A stretch of 64,000 bases of DNA from an uncultured bacterium (lineage in GTDB: Bacteria > Verrucomicrobiota > Verrucomicrobiia > Limisphaerales > UBA8199), in contig CAVVMW010000022.1 of the NCBI GenBank assembly GCA_963749495.1, positions 32,001 through 96,000 on the forward strand, in the 5' to 3' direction. Position numbers and translations under genes: made by a program. Positions 50,861 through 61,645 of this stretch are shown piece by piece. The notes below the pieces were generated by a model. It was not told where the DNA came from. It saw only the letters and a program-made list of their open reading frames with translations, and ran no database searches. Within the stretch, counting starts at the first letter, position 1. Each line of letters begins with the position of its first letter.

Positions 50861-51075
50861 CGAATGACGAATGACGAATGACGAATGACGAAAGGGACGG
50901 GCCATTCGTCATTCGTCATTCGTCATTCGTCATTCGTCATTCGTCATTTGTCATTCGCCATTCGCCATTCGTCATTCGTCATTCGCCATTCGTCATTCGT
51001 CATTCGCCATTCGTCATTCGCCATTCGCCATTCGTCATTCGTCATTCGTCATTCGTCATTCGTCATTCGTCATTC
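50861..51075. repeat. inverted heptamer arrays (CGAATGA)4 / (CATTCGT)~24
   Basis: Read directly; short spacer; interspersed CATTCGC variants. Confidence 0.95.
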
Positions 51076-52167
51076 TTTTCTGGCGGCCACCACCGAGTTC
51101 ATCGCCTCGTCCCGGCGCAGCACAGCGGGCTGGACGAAGCCGGCGGAGGCGAGGTCCTCGCGCAGTTCGTCGAAGGTGAAGGTGCCGCCGCCGGGTGTGG
51201 CGACCAGCATGTTCACGGCAAAGAGCGCGCCGGCAACGGGGCGCGTGCGGCCGGTTTCCATCAGGACGTCGCGCAAGGCGATGCGTCCGCCCGGGGCCAG
51301 GGCCTGGAAGACCTTGCCGAAGAGCGCGCGGTTCTGCTGGCGGGAGTTCTGGTGGACGATGGCGCTCACCCAGGCCAGGTCCGCCCCGGGCGGAAGGGAG
51401 TCCGCGTAAAAATCGCCGGCAACGAGCCGGACCCGGTTTGCAAGGCCGGCGGCGGCCAGGCGGCGCTGGGCCATGGGAATGACGTGGGGGAGATCGAAGA
51501 GCGTGGCCGTGGCCGAGGGGCAGGCGCGCAGGAAGGACATGGTCCAGGTGCCGGAGGCCCCGCCAATATCCAGCAGGTGCCGGAACTGGAGCGGTTGGAT
51601 GGCCCGAATGACTTCGTCGGCAACCGGGGCCGAGATGTCGTGCATGCCGCCGATGAAGGCCTGCTGCTCGCCGGCCTCGCCGCGCGCGCTGGGCAGCGGT
51701 TGCGCAGGCCGGCCGGTCTGGACCACCCGGGCCAACTGCGCCCAGTTCCGCAGGCAGCGGGCCTGGTGCTGGGCCATGGCGAGGACGCTCTGCTGTGGAC
51801 TGTGGACCATGGACTGTGGACTGCCCGTCCTCCGCAGTAGCTCTGCTACGGAGGGTGGATGGACTGTGGACTGTGGACTGTCCGGCCCCTCGGCGGTCAG
51901 CAGGGCGTCGAGCCCCGGTGCCAGCGCATAGCGCTGGCCCGATTTTTCCAGGAGCCGCAGCGCCGCCAGGGCGTCCAGGAGAATCACCACGCCGCGCTCG
52001 TCGCAGCCGAGTGTGCGAGCCAGTTGCGCGGCGCTGAGCGGGGCGCGCGCAAGCGGGCTGAACAAGTCCAACTCCGCCGCCGCGCCCAGCACGGCGGCGC
52101 CTTGATACGTGCGGCCCAAGGCCAGGAGGTCCTCGGCAGTCCACCGCGCAGGTGCAGTCTTTTTCAT
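51070..52167 (-). CDS. SAM-dependent O-methyltransferase (dimerisation + Methyltransf_2) with in-frame repeat insertion
   Basis: AAAELDLF; LLDIGGASG; FDLP.V; VAGDFY; LAPGG. Confidence 0.9.
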   Translation of the reverse strand: MKKTAPARWTAEDLLALGRTYQGAAVLGAAAELDLFSPLARAPLSAAQLARTLGCDERGVVILLDALAALRLLEKSGQRYALAPGLDALLTAEGPDSPQSTVHPPSVAELLRRTGSPQSMVHSPQQSVLAMAQHQARCLRNWAQLARVVQTGRPAQPLPSARGEAGEQQAFIGGMHDISAPVADEVIRAIQPLQFRHLLDIGGASGTWTMSFLRACPSATATLFDLPHVIPMAQRRLAAAGLANRVRLVAGDFYADSLPPGADLAWVSAIVHQNSRQQNRALFGKVFQALAPGGRIALRDVLMETGRTRPVAGALFAVNMLVATPGGGTFTFDELREDLASAGFVQPAVLRRDEAMNSVVAARKE

Positions 52168-52182
52168 AGTCCAATGTGCCAT

Positions 52183-52271
52183 CTTTGTCGCAGCCTTTGT
52201 CGCGACCTTTGTCGAGTTGAGCCGGGTTTCGACAAAGGTTTCGACAAAGGCTGCGACAAAGGTCGCGAAAG
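52183..52271. repeat. 12-mer inverted array without cargo (same unit as 40454/41680)
   Basis: (ctttgtcg..)3, 13-nt loop, (cgacaaagg..)3. Confidence 0.9.
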
Positions 52272-52340
52272 TCATCCAACGTCCTCTGCAAAACAACACA
52301 CCCCCGCCTTCGGCCCCTCGACCCTCGACCCTCGCCCCCG

Positions 52341-53231
52341 TCACTCTACCACAACCCGCAACCGGGCGCGTTCCAGCGAGAACCGGGCGGGGAGGGTGCC
52401 GATGAGTTCGCCGTCGGCTTCGAGCGGGGTGCGGGCGGGGCTGGTGAGTTCGAGGGACTCCGCCTGGAAGGAGCAGGTGCTGCCGGGCGGGAGCGTGTGC
52501 CGCAAGAGGAGGCGCGGGCCGCAGCGCGCCAGGGTGAGCCATCCGGCTCGAGGAAAGACCGTGACCTCCAGCAGGCCATCACGCAGATCCGCCTTGGGAA
52601 AGACACGGAAGGGCCCGCCATAGAGCCGCCCATTGCCGATCAGCACCAGTTGGCCGTCCATCGAGCAGCCGCCACCGGTGGCGGTGATATTGGCGGGGGC
52701 CTGGCGCAGGGCCTGGAGGCCGGCCAGCACATAGGCCAAAGGGCCGATCTTTTTCTTGAGCGGCCAATCCACCAGCTCGACAGCGCGCGCGTCCAACCCG
52801 GCGCCGGCCAGTTGCACGAAATGCCGCCGCTCCCGGCGCCCCTCTGCGCCGTACTCGGCGCGGGGGAGATCGATGCGGGTTTCACGCCCCGCGCAAATCG
52901 TTTCCCAGGCCGGGCGCAGCCGCCTGGGGATGGCCAGTTCGCGGGCAAAGACATTGACCGTGCCCAGGGGCAGCACGCCGAGGCGCGCGCGCTCGAAGCC
53001 GTCCGGCGCGTTGCCCAGGCCATTGACCACCTCGTTGATGGTGCCATCGCCGCCGGCGGCCACAACGGTGTCGAAGCCCTCGAGCACCGCCTGGGCGGCC
53101 AGGCGCCGGGCATCGCCCGCAGACGCCGTCAGCTTGAGCGCACAGTGGGCCGCTATCTCATCCAGGTGACGGCGAAAGCGCCTGGCCTTCTCGCCGCGGG
53201 CGGCCGGATTGAAGATGACGCACGCGCGCAT
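52341..53231 (-). CDS. diacylglycerol/lipid kinase family protein (YegS/DAGK)
   Basis: FNPAARG; AAGGDGTINEV; LPLGTVN; GAGLDA; ADGE. Confidence 0.92.
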   Translation of the reverse strand: MRACVIFNPAARGEKARRFRRHLDEIAAHCALKLTASAGDARRLAAQAVLEGFDTVVAAGGDGTINEVVNGLGNAPDGFERARLGVLPLGTVNVFARELAIPRRLRPAWETICAGRETRIDLPRAEYGAEGRRERRHFVQLAGAGLDARAVELVDWPLKKKIGPLAYVLAGLQALRQAPANITATGGGCSMDGQLVLIGNGRLYGGPFRVFPKADLRDGLLEVTVFPRAGWLTLARCGPRLLLRHTLPPGSTCSFQAESLELTSPARTPLEADGELIGTLPARFSLERARLRVVVE

Positions 53232-53372
53232 GGGGGAGGCGGAGTTGTCAGTCTGTCAGGTGGGCCCGATGGTCGGACAGGTCGGACGGGTCGGACGGGT
53301 CGGCGCCTGCGGCCCTCTGACCCTCTCAGGGTCGCAGGCGCCAAGGTTGGGTTGCGGCCCTTTGGCGCGGGG

Positions 53373-54245
53373 TTAGACCTTGCCCATCTTCTTGAGCGCC
53401 TCGAAGCTGCGGCGGACGGCGTCCAACGGGTCCTTGCCGGACTCGTGTTCGAGGATGTACCACTCGGTCCGGCCCTGGGTCTCGCACAGGGCGAAGACCT
53501 CCGGCCAATGGATGGCGTCCTCGCCGATGACGGCATCGGGTCCGCCGCCGTAGGCCTTGATGTGTATGGTGCGCGCGCGGCCGGGATATTGCTTGAGCAC
53601 GGCCACGGGGTCGGCCTTGCCGTCGCAACAGTTGGCGGTGTCCAACTGCATGATCACCTCCGGCTTGGTATTGCCGAAGAAGAGGTCCCAGGCCGAGATG
53701 CCGTCGAATTTCTCGAAGTCATGGGCATGGGCGTGATAGCCGATCCACATCCCCTCGGGCTTCACCTTGTCGGCCAGTTCGTTGAAGAGTTTGGCCTTGT
53801 CCAGCCATTCCTGTTTGGACTTGCCCTCCATCCAGGGGACGATCAGGAACCTGTTGCCGAGGACCCGGTTGAACTCAATGGTTGCCTTGAGCTTGTCGCC
53901 CAGGACCGTTTCGTAGGGGGTGTGGGTGCCGCAGGCGACCAGGCCGTTGTCGTCGAGCATCTTGCGCAACTGGGGTGCCGTGCGGTCGTGGTAGCCGGCA
54001 AACTCGACGCCCTTGTAGCCGATCTTCGACACGGCAGCCAGCATGCCGGGCAGGTCCGTCCGGCATTGCTCGCGCAGGGAGTAAAGCTGCAAGCCGAGCG
54101 GTATCTTCTTGGCCTGGCCGCCCTTGCTCCCGCCGCAGCAACAGCAGGAACAACCCGCCAAACCCATGCCCAGGCCGGCCATACCGACAGCGCTGGCCAG
54201 CAAAAACTCGCGGCGCGTGACCGCAGGGAATGAAATGTGCTTCAT
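53373..54245 (-). CDS. Tat-exported sugar phosphate isomerase/epimerase
   Basis: TRREFL Tat motif; LGLQLYSLRE; QLD; HIK; LEHE. Confidence 0.88.
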   Translation of the reverse strand: MKHISFPAVTRREFLLASAVGMAGLGMGLAGCSCCCCGGSKGGQAKKIPLGLQLYSLREQCRTDLPGMLAAVSKIGYKGVEFAGYHDRTAPQLRKMLDDNGLVACGTHTPYETVLGDKLKATIEFNRVLGNRFLIVPWMEGKSKQEWLDKAKLFNELADKVKPEGMWIGYHAHAHDFEKFDGISAWDLFFGNTKPEVIMQLDTANCCDGKADPVAVLKQYPGRARTIHIKAYGGGPDAVIGEDAIHWPEVFALCETQGRTEWYILEHESGKDPLDAVRRSFEALKKMGKV

Positions 54246-54372
54246 AGACGATCCTTTTGCTTCTGGTTGAGTGGTTGTGTTCGAGCCAACAAACGACATG
54301 ACGGGACCGACCCTATACTGAATCCGGCCCAACCGTCCAGCGATTATGCGCCACAGGGGCAAGGCGGGCGCT

Positions 54373-54494
54373 GCCCCCGGAGTGCGCCCGTCCCCGGGCG
54401 CAGCATCGACGGAACGGGCAGGCGTGCCGGAGTACTTGACCGCTGCCCCGGCTGCGGACGTTGCTGCGCCCGAGGACGGGCGCACCCCGGGGGC
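54373..54494. repeat. REP-like palindrome
   Basis: ccggagtgcgcccgtccccgggcgcagca / tgctgcgcccgaggacgggcgcaccccgg. Confidence 0.82.
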
Positions 54495-54615
54495 GAGCTC
54501 CGGACACCCTTGCACTCCCATTTTCCAGAAAACAATTATTGCGCCCAGATGGTTCTTGTGTACACACTATTCAAATTTAGTGCGGCCTAGAGCGGAGAGG
54601 CGAATCTCCAGAGAA

Positions 54616-57600
54616 ATGACCAGAAGCACAGAAAACAAGAAGGCGAACAAGGTGGCGGGGCGGACGGGGTTGCCACCCAGGACGGGTCTCTACGACCCGC
54701 AATTCGAGCATGAGTCGTGCGGGGTGGGTTTCGTGGTGAATATCAAGGGCCGCAAGTCGCACGGGATTATCCGGCAGGCGCTTGAGGCGCTGTTGAACCT
54801 GGACCACCGCGGGGCGTGCGGCTGCGAGGCCAACACGGGGGACGGGGCGGGCATCCTCATCCAGACGCCGCACGAGTTCCTCAAGCTGGTGGCGCGGGAG
54901 GGCAGAGTCTCTTTGCCTGGCCCGGGCGCCTACGGGGTCGGCATGGTCTTCCTGCCCGCCCAGGCCGCCCAGCGGGCGGAGTGTGAAAAGATCTTCGCCG
55001 AGATCGTGGCCGAGGAGGGGCAGGAGGTCCTGGGCTGGCGCACCATCCCCACCAACAATTGCCCCGTCGGCGACACCGCCCGGGCCGGCGAACCGTTCAT
55101 GCGGCAGGTGTTCATCGCCCGGAACGACAAGCTGGCCGACGACATGGCTTTCGAGCGCAAGCTCTACGTCATCCGCAAGCGGGTGGAGAACGCCATCCGC
55201 TACTCCGGCAAGGTGGAGGGCGGCGACTTTTTCTACGTCTCCAGCCTCTCCTATAAGACGCTCATCTACAAGGGGATGCTGCTGACGACGCAATTGCAGG
55301 AGTATTACCCGGACCTGCTGCACCCGGCGATGGCCTCGGCCCTGGCGCTGGTCCACTCGCGCTTCAGCACCAACACCTTCCCGAGCTGGAACCGGGCCCA
55401 CCCGTATCGCTACATGGCCCACAACGGGGAGATCAACACCCTGCGCGGCAACATCAACTGGATGCACGCCCGCCAGGCCATGTTCGAGTCCGACCTCTTC
55501 GGCGACGACATCAAGAAGCTCCTGCCGGTGGTGTGCACCGACGGCAGCGACTCGGCCATGTTCGACAACTGCCTGGAGTTGCTGGTGCTGGCCGGGCGCT
55601 CGCTGCCCCATGCCATGATGATGATGATCCCGGAGCCGTGGACCAAGGACCAGAGCATGACCCCGGAGAAGAAGGCCTTTTACGAGTATCATTCCTGCCT
55701 CATGGAGCCGTGGGACGGCCCCGCCTCGATCGCCTTCACCGACGGCAGGAAGATCGGCGCCGTGCTCGACCGCAACGGGCTGCGCCCCTCCCGCTATTAC
55801 GTCACCAAGGACGACCTGGTCATCATGGCCAGCGAGGTCGGTGTGCTGGACATCCCCGCCGAGCGGGTCCTGCAGAAGGGCCGCCTGCAGCCGGGGCGCA
55901 TGTTCCTGATTGACACCGAGGAGGGCCGGATCGTCGCGGACGAGGAGCTCAAGCAGAAGATCTCCTCCGAGCAACCCTACCGCCAGTGGCTGGACCGGAA
56001 CCTGGTCCGGCTGGCGGACGTGCCGGATCCGGGCGTGCTGGCCGGGCCGGCGCACCAGACGGTCCTCCAGCGGCAGGTCGCCTTTGGATACACGTTCGAG
56101 GACCTGCGCATCCTCATGCTGCCCATGGCGCGGGACGGGGCCGAGGCGGTGGGCTCGATGGGGACCGACACGCCCTTGGCCGTGCTCTCGAACCGGCCGC
56201 AGTTGCTCTTCAACTATTTCAAGCAGCTCTTCGCCCAGGTCACCAATCCCCCCGTGGATTGCATCCGCGAGGAGATCATCATGTCCACCGAGACGGCGAT
56301 CGGCTCGGAGCGCAACCTGCTCCAGCCGGCCCCCGAGCACGCGCGGCTCATCGAGCTCAAGTCGCCCATCCTCACCAACGAAGAATTTGCCAAGCTCAAG
56401 CACCTGGACCTGCCCGGGTTCAAATCCATCACGCTGCCGATCCTCTTCAAGGCCGCCGACGGCCCGGCCGGCCTGGAGAAGGCTATGGACCAGTTGTGCG
56501 CCAAGGTGAGCCGGGCAATTGCCGAGGGCTTCAACGTGGTGGTGCTCTCGGACCGGGCCATCTCGGCCCAATGGGCGCCCATCCCGTCATTGCTGGCCGT
56601 GGGCGGGGTACACCATCACCTCATCCGGGAGGGCACCCGCACGCGCGTGGGCCTGATGCTCGAGTCCGGCGAGCCGCGCGAGGTCCACCATTTCTCGCTG
56701 CTCATCAGCTATGGCTGCGGCGCCATCAACCCTTACCTCGCCTTCGAGACGCTCGACGACATGCTGCGCCAGGGCCTGCTCGAGGGCATGGACCACAAGA
56801 CCGCCTGCAAGAACTACCTCAAGGCCGCCATGAAAGGCGTGGTCAAGGTCATCTCCAAGATGGGCATCTCGACCATCCAGAGCTATTGGGGCGCCCAGAT
56901 CTTCGAGGCGCTCGGGCTCCAACAGCCGTTCATTGACCGCTACTTCACCTGGACGCCCTCCCGCGTCGAGGGCGTGGGCATCGAAGTCATCGCCCAGGAA
57001 GCCCTGGCCCGCCATGAACACGCCTTTCCGGACCGCCCGGCCAACGGCCACGCCCTGGACTCCGGCGGCCAATACCAGTGGCGCGAGGACGGCGAATTCC
57101 ACCTCTTCAATCCCCAGACGATTCACAAGCTCCAGGCCGCCGCGCGCATTGGCAGCTTCAAGATCTTCCAGGAGTATTCCGCCCTGGTCAACGAGCAGAG
57201 CAAGAACCTCGCCACCCTGCGCGGCTTGCTCGACTTCAAGAAGGTCAAACCTGTCCCCCTGGACGAGGTCGAGTCGGTCGAGTCCATCCTGAAGCGGTTC
57301 AAGACCGGGGCCATGAGTTACGGCTCGATCAGCCAGGAGGCCCACGAGACCCTGGCCATCGCCATGAACCGCATCGGGGGCAAGAGCAATACCGGCGAGG
57401 GCGGCGAGGACCCGGCCCGCTATGCCCCGCTGCCCAACGGCGACTCCAGCAACAGCGCCATCAAACAAGTCGCCTCCGGCCGCTTTGGCGTCACCAGCCA
57501 ATACCTGGTCAACGCCAAGGAACTCCAGATCAAGATGGCCCAGGGCGCCAAGCCGGGCGAAGGCGGGCAGTTGCCGGGACAAAAGGTCTATCCGTGGATT

Positions 57601-59253
57601 GCCAAGGTGCGGTATTCCACTCCCGGTGTCGGCCTGATCTCTCCGCCGCCCCACCACGACATCTACTCGATCGAGGACCTGGCCGAACTCATCCACGATT
57701 TGAAGAACGCCAATCACCACGCGCGCATCAGCGTCAAGCTGGTCTCGGAGGTGGGCGTGGGCACAATCGCGGCAGGCGTGGCCAAGGCCCACGCGGACGT
57801 GGTGCTCATCAGCGGTTACGACGGCGGGACGGGCGCCTCGCCGCAGACCGGGATCAAACACGCCGGCATCCCCTGGGAACTGGGCCTGGCCGAGACGCAC
57901 CAGACCCTGGTCCTCAACGACCTGCGCTCGCGCATCATCGTCGAGGCCGACGGCCAGATGAAGACCGGGCGGGACGTGATCATCGCGGCGCTCCTGGGCG
58001 CGGAGGAGTTTGGGTTCGCCACGGCCCCCCTGGTCGCCATGGGCTGTATCATGATGCGCGTCTGCCACCTCAACACCTGCCCGGCCGGCGTGGCCACGCA
58101 GGACCCCGAGCTGCGCAAACGCTTTGCCGGCAAGCCCGAGCACGTGGTCAATTTCATGCGCATGATCGCCCAGGAAGTCCGCGAGTTGATGGCCCAGCTC
58201 GGCTTCCGCCAGATGAACAAGATGATCGGGCGCGTGGACCGCCTGGAAGCCAGGAAGGCCATCGAACATTGGAAGGCCAAGGGGCTGGACTACACCAGGC
58301 TTTTGCACCAGCCGGAAGTGTCGGCCAGCGTCGGCCGCTTCTGCCAGATCGGCCAGCAGCACGGCCTCGAAAAGGCCCTCGACAACACGGTCCTGCGGCG
58401 CCTGTGCGCCCCGGCCATCGAAGCGAAGGAAAAAGTTGCGGCCGTGCTCCCCATCCGCAACGTCCACCGCGTCGTCGGGACCATCGTCGGCAGCGAGATC
58501 TCCAGGCGCTGGGGCGCCGAGGGCCTGCCCGAGGACACCATCGAGATCCACTTCGCCGGCAGCGCCGGCCAGAGCTTCGGCGCATTCATGCCCAAGGGGA
58601 TGACCTTCTACCTCGAAGGCGATTCCAACGATTACCTGGGCAAGGGCCTGTCTGGCGGCAAGCTCATCGTCTATCCTCCGGGAGAATCCACCTTCGTCCC
58701 CGAGGAGAACATCATCATCGGCAACGTCGCCCTCTACGGGGCGACCGGCGGCCAGGCCTACATCTGCGGCATGGCCGGCGAGCGATTCGGCGTCCGCAAC
58801 AGCGGCGTCCAGGCCGTCGTCGAATCCGTCGGCGACCATGGTTGCGAATACATGACCGGTGGGTGCGTGGTGGTGCTGGGGCCGACCGGCCGCAATTTCG
58901 CCGCCGGCATGTCCGGGGGCCTGGCCTACGTCCTGGACGAGGCCGGGGATTTTCCGGGCCGCTGCAACCAGCAGATGGTCGGGCTGGAAAAACTGGAGGA
59001 CCCGGATGAAACCGAGCTGGTCTGGAAGCTAATCCAGCGCCACCAGTTCTACACCGGCAGCGCCCGCGCCGCCCGCATCCTGGCCCGCTGGAGCCAGATG
59101 GTCCCGTTGTTCGTCAAGGTCATTCCCAAGGACTACAAGCGCGTTCTCCAGGCGCTCCAGCGCGTCCAGAGCACGGGCCTGACCGGCGAGCAAGCCATCA
59201 TGGCCGCCTTCGAAGAAAATGCCCGCGACACCGCCCGCATCGGCGGCGGCTGA
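54616..59253 (+). CDS. gltB: glutamate synthase large subunit
   Basis: CGVGF amidotransferase start; [27 protein letters not shown] Fe-S motif; GXGXG domain. Confidence 0.98.
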   Translation: MTRSTENKKANKVAGRTGLPPRTGLYDPQFEHESCGVGFVVNIKGRKSHGIIRQALEALLNLDHRGACGCEANTGDGAGILIQTPHEFLKLVAREGRVSLPGPGAYGVGMVFLPAQAAQRAECEKIFAEIVAEEGQEVLGWRTIPTNNCPVGDTARAGEPFMRQVFIARNDKLADDMAFERKLYVIRKRVENAIRYSGKVEGGDFFYVSSLSYKTLIYKGMLLTTQLQEYYPDLLHPAMASALALVHSRFSTNTFPSWNRAHPYRYMAHNGEINTLRGNINWMHARQAMFESDLFGDDIKKLLPVVCTDGSDSAMFDNCLELLVLAGRSLPHAMMMMIPEPWTKDQSMTPEKKAFYEYHSCLMEPWDGPASIAFTDGRKIGAVLDRNGLRPSRYYVTKDDLVIMASEVGVLDIPAERVLQKGRLQPGRMFLIDTEEGRIVADEELKQKISSEQPYRQWLDRNLVRLADVPDPGVLAGPAHQTVLQRQVAFGYTFEDLRILMLPMARDGAEAVGSMGTDTPLAVLSNRPQLLFNYFKQLFAQVTNPPVDCIREEIIMSTETAIGSERNLLQPAPEHARLIELKSPILTNEEFAKLKHLDLPGFKSITLPILFKAADGPAGLEKAMDQLCAKVSRAIAEGFNVVVLSDRAISAQWAPIPSLLAVGGVHHHLIREGTRTRVGLMLESGEPREVHHFSLLISYGCGAINPYLAFETLDDMLRQGLLEGMDHKTACKNYLKAAMKGVVKVISKMGISTIQSYWGAQIFEALGLQQPFIDRYFTWTPSRVEGVGIEVIAQEALARHEHAFPDRPANGHALDSGGQYQWREDGEFHLFNPQTIHKLQAAARIGSFKIFQEYSALVNEQSKNLATLRGLLDFKKVKPVPLDEVESVESILKRFKTGAMSYGSISQEAHETLAIAMNRIGGKSNTGEGGEDPARYAPLPNGDSSNSAIKQVASGRFGVTSQYLVNAKELQIKMAQGAKPGEGGQLPGQKVYPWIAKVRYSTPGVGLISPPPHHDIYSIEDLAELIHDLKNANHHARISVKLVSEVGVGTIAAGVAKAHADVVLISGYDGGTGASPQTGIKHAGIPWELGLAETHQTLVLNDLRSRIIVEADGQMKTGRDVIIAALLGAEEFGFATAPLVAMGCIMMRVCHLNTCPAGVATQDPELRKRFAGKPEHVVNFMRMIAQEVRELMAQLGFRQMNKMIGRVDRLEARKAIEHWKAKGLDYTRLLHQPEVSASVGRFCQIGQQHGLEKALDNTVLRRLCAPAIEAKEKVAAVLPIRNVHRVVGTIVGSEISRRWGAEGLPEDTIEIHFAGSAGQSFGAFMPKGMTFYLEGDSNDYLGKGLSGGKLIVYPPGESTFVPEENIIIGNVALYGATGGQAYICGMAGERFGVRNSGVQAVVESVGDHGCEYMTGGCVVVLGPTGRNFAAGMSGGLAYVLDEAGDFPGRCNQQMVGLEKLEDPDETELVWKLIQRHQFYTGSARAARILARWSQMVPLFVKVIPKDYKRVLQALQRVQSTGLTGEQAIMAAFEENARDTARIGGG

Positions 59254-59260
59254 CCTTTCC

Positions 59261-60744
<1,484 letters not shown>

Positions 60745-60811
60745 CCGGGAAATTTCACACTTCTGGTAGGGCGCACAGTCTGTCGCCGTTTCCATCGGGG
60801 AAATATTCGGG

Positions 60812-61189
60812 CTAGTAATCCAGCCGGCGCAGCCCGCGCACGCGGTCGAAGGCAGTATCACGACTGACAACCGGCTGGCCGTAATAGCGACAAAAGCCCG
60901 CGATCCAGTTGTCATTTTCCCCGAGCCGCTGCCCCCGTTCAATGAGTTCCCTGTCCACGGACGCTGCGGCAAAGGCAATTTCCGGCGTCAACCGGAGCTG
61001 CCGATAGCGGGCTAACAGGGGCCTCGCCTCCCCCGGGTTACGATACATCGCCGCGGTTTCGCCGACCGAAATCACCGTGATCAAGAAGGGCTGGTTCCGG
61101 TGGGCCGCCAGAAACGCCTGCGCGCCGCGCGGCCGGCCGTCCACCTGTTCTTGGAGCAGATCGCTTAGGAAGGTTGTATCGCAGATCAT
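60812..61189 (-). CDS. vapC: PIN-domain toxin VapC
   Basis: ICDTTFL; E; NDNWIAG; SRD..F. Confidence 0.88.
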   Translation of the reverse strand: MICDTTFLSDLLQEQVDGRPRGAQAFLAAHRNQPFLITVISVGETAAMYRNPGEARPLLARYRQLRLTPEIAFAAASVDRELIERGQRLGENDNWIAGFCRYYGQPVVSRDTAFDRVRGLRRLDY

Positions 61190-61419
61190 TTCATCCCCCG
61201 GGGTGATCGCCGGCCGCGCCCTCCAAGCACCGCCGCCATCCACTTGGGGTCGGGCGCCGGCACCCGCATCTTCTTCAATCCGTCGAGCACGTTGCCGCAG
61301 GTCTCCCAGGGTTCAGGCAGGGCCCGCAAAATGACATCCGAAAAGCTCTCGCCAGGCGCTTTGAGCTTTTTCAGCCGGGCGTAGGCCTCGGTCCGAACAG
61401 TGAGGGTTTTGTACGACAT
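61186..61419 (-). CDS. vapB: VapB-type antitoxin
   Basis: KTLTV..EAYARLKKLK..ESFSDVILR; overlaps the vapC start. Confidence 0.85.
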   Translation of the reverse strand: MSYKTLTVRTEAYARLKKLKAPGESFSDVILRALPEPWETCGNVLDGLKKMRVPAPDPKWMAAVLGGRGRRSPRGMK

Positions 61420-61645
61420 AATGCACAAAAAATACACGAGAAATCTCGGCACGGCAAGACCCGGGGCGGGGCCCAAATCCTCGCTTGCCTGGCGCACCCG
61501 CCTGTGCCATATAGCGGGCATGAACCTGGCTCGAATCCGGGAGCGCCTGAGCAACGGGTTTCGCCCCTTTGTCGTCGGATTGACCAACGGCCAGCGCTTG
61601 GCAATCGCTTGATTGCCCTGGCATGCACCTGTAGGTTGTCGCAGC

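Noticed and set aside
50878..51840. ORFs with VIRHSSF repeats
   Set aside because: Translation of the heptamer array, antisense to the methyltransferase.
54557..54566. Palindrome tgtgtacaca upstream of gltB as a nitrogen-regulator site
   Set aside because: Only 10 bp, and I cannot match it to a specific regulator motif.
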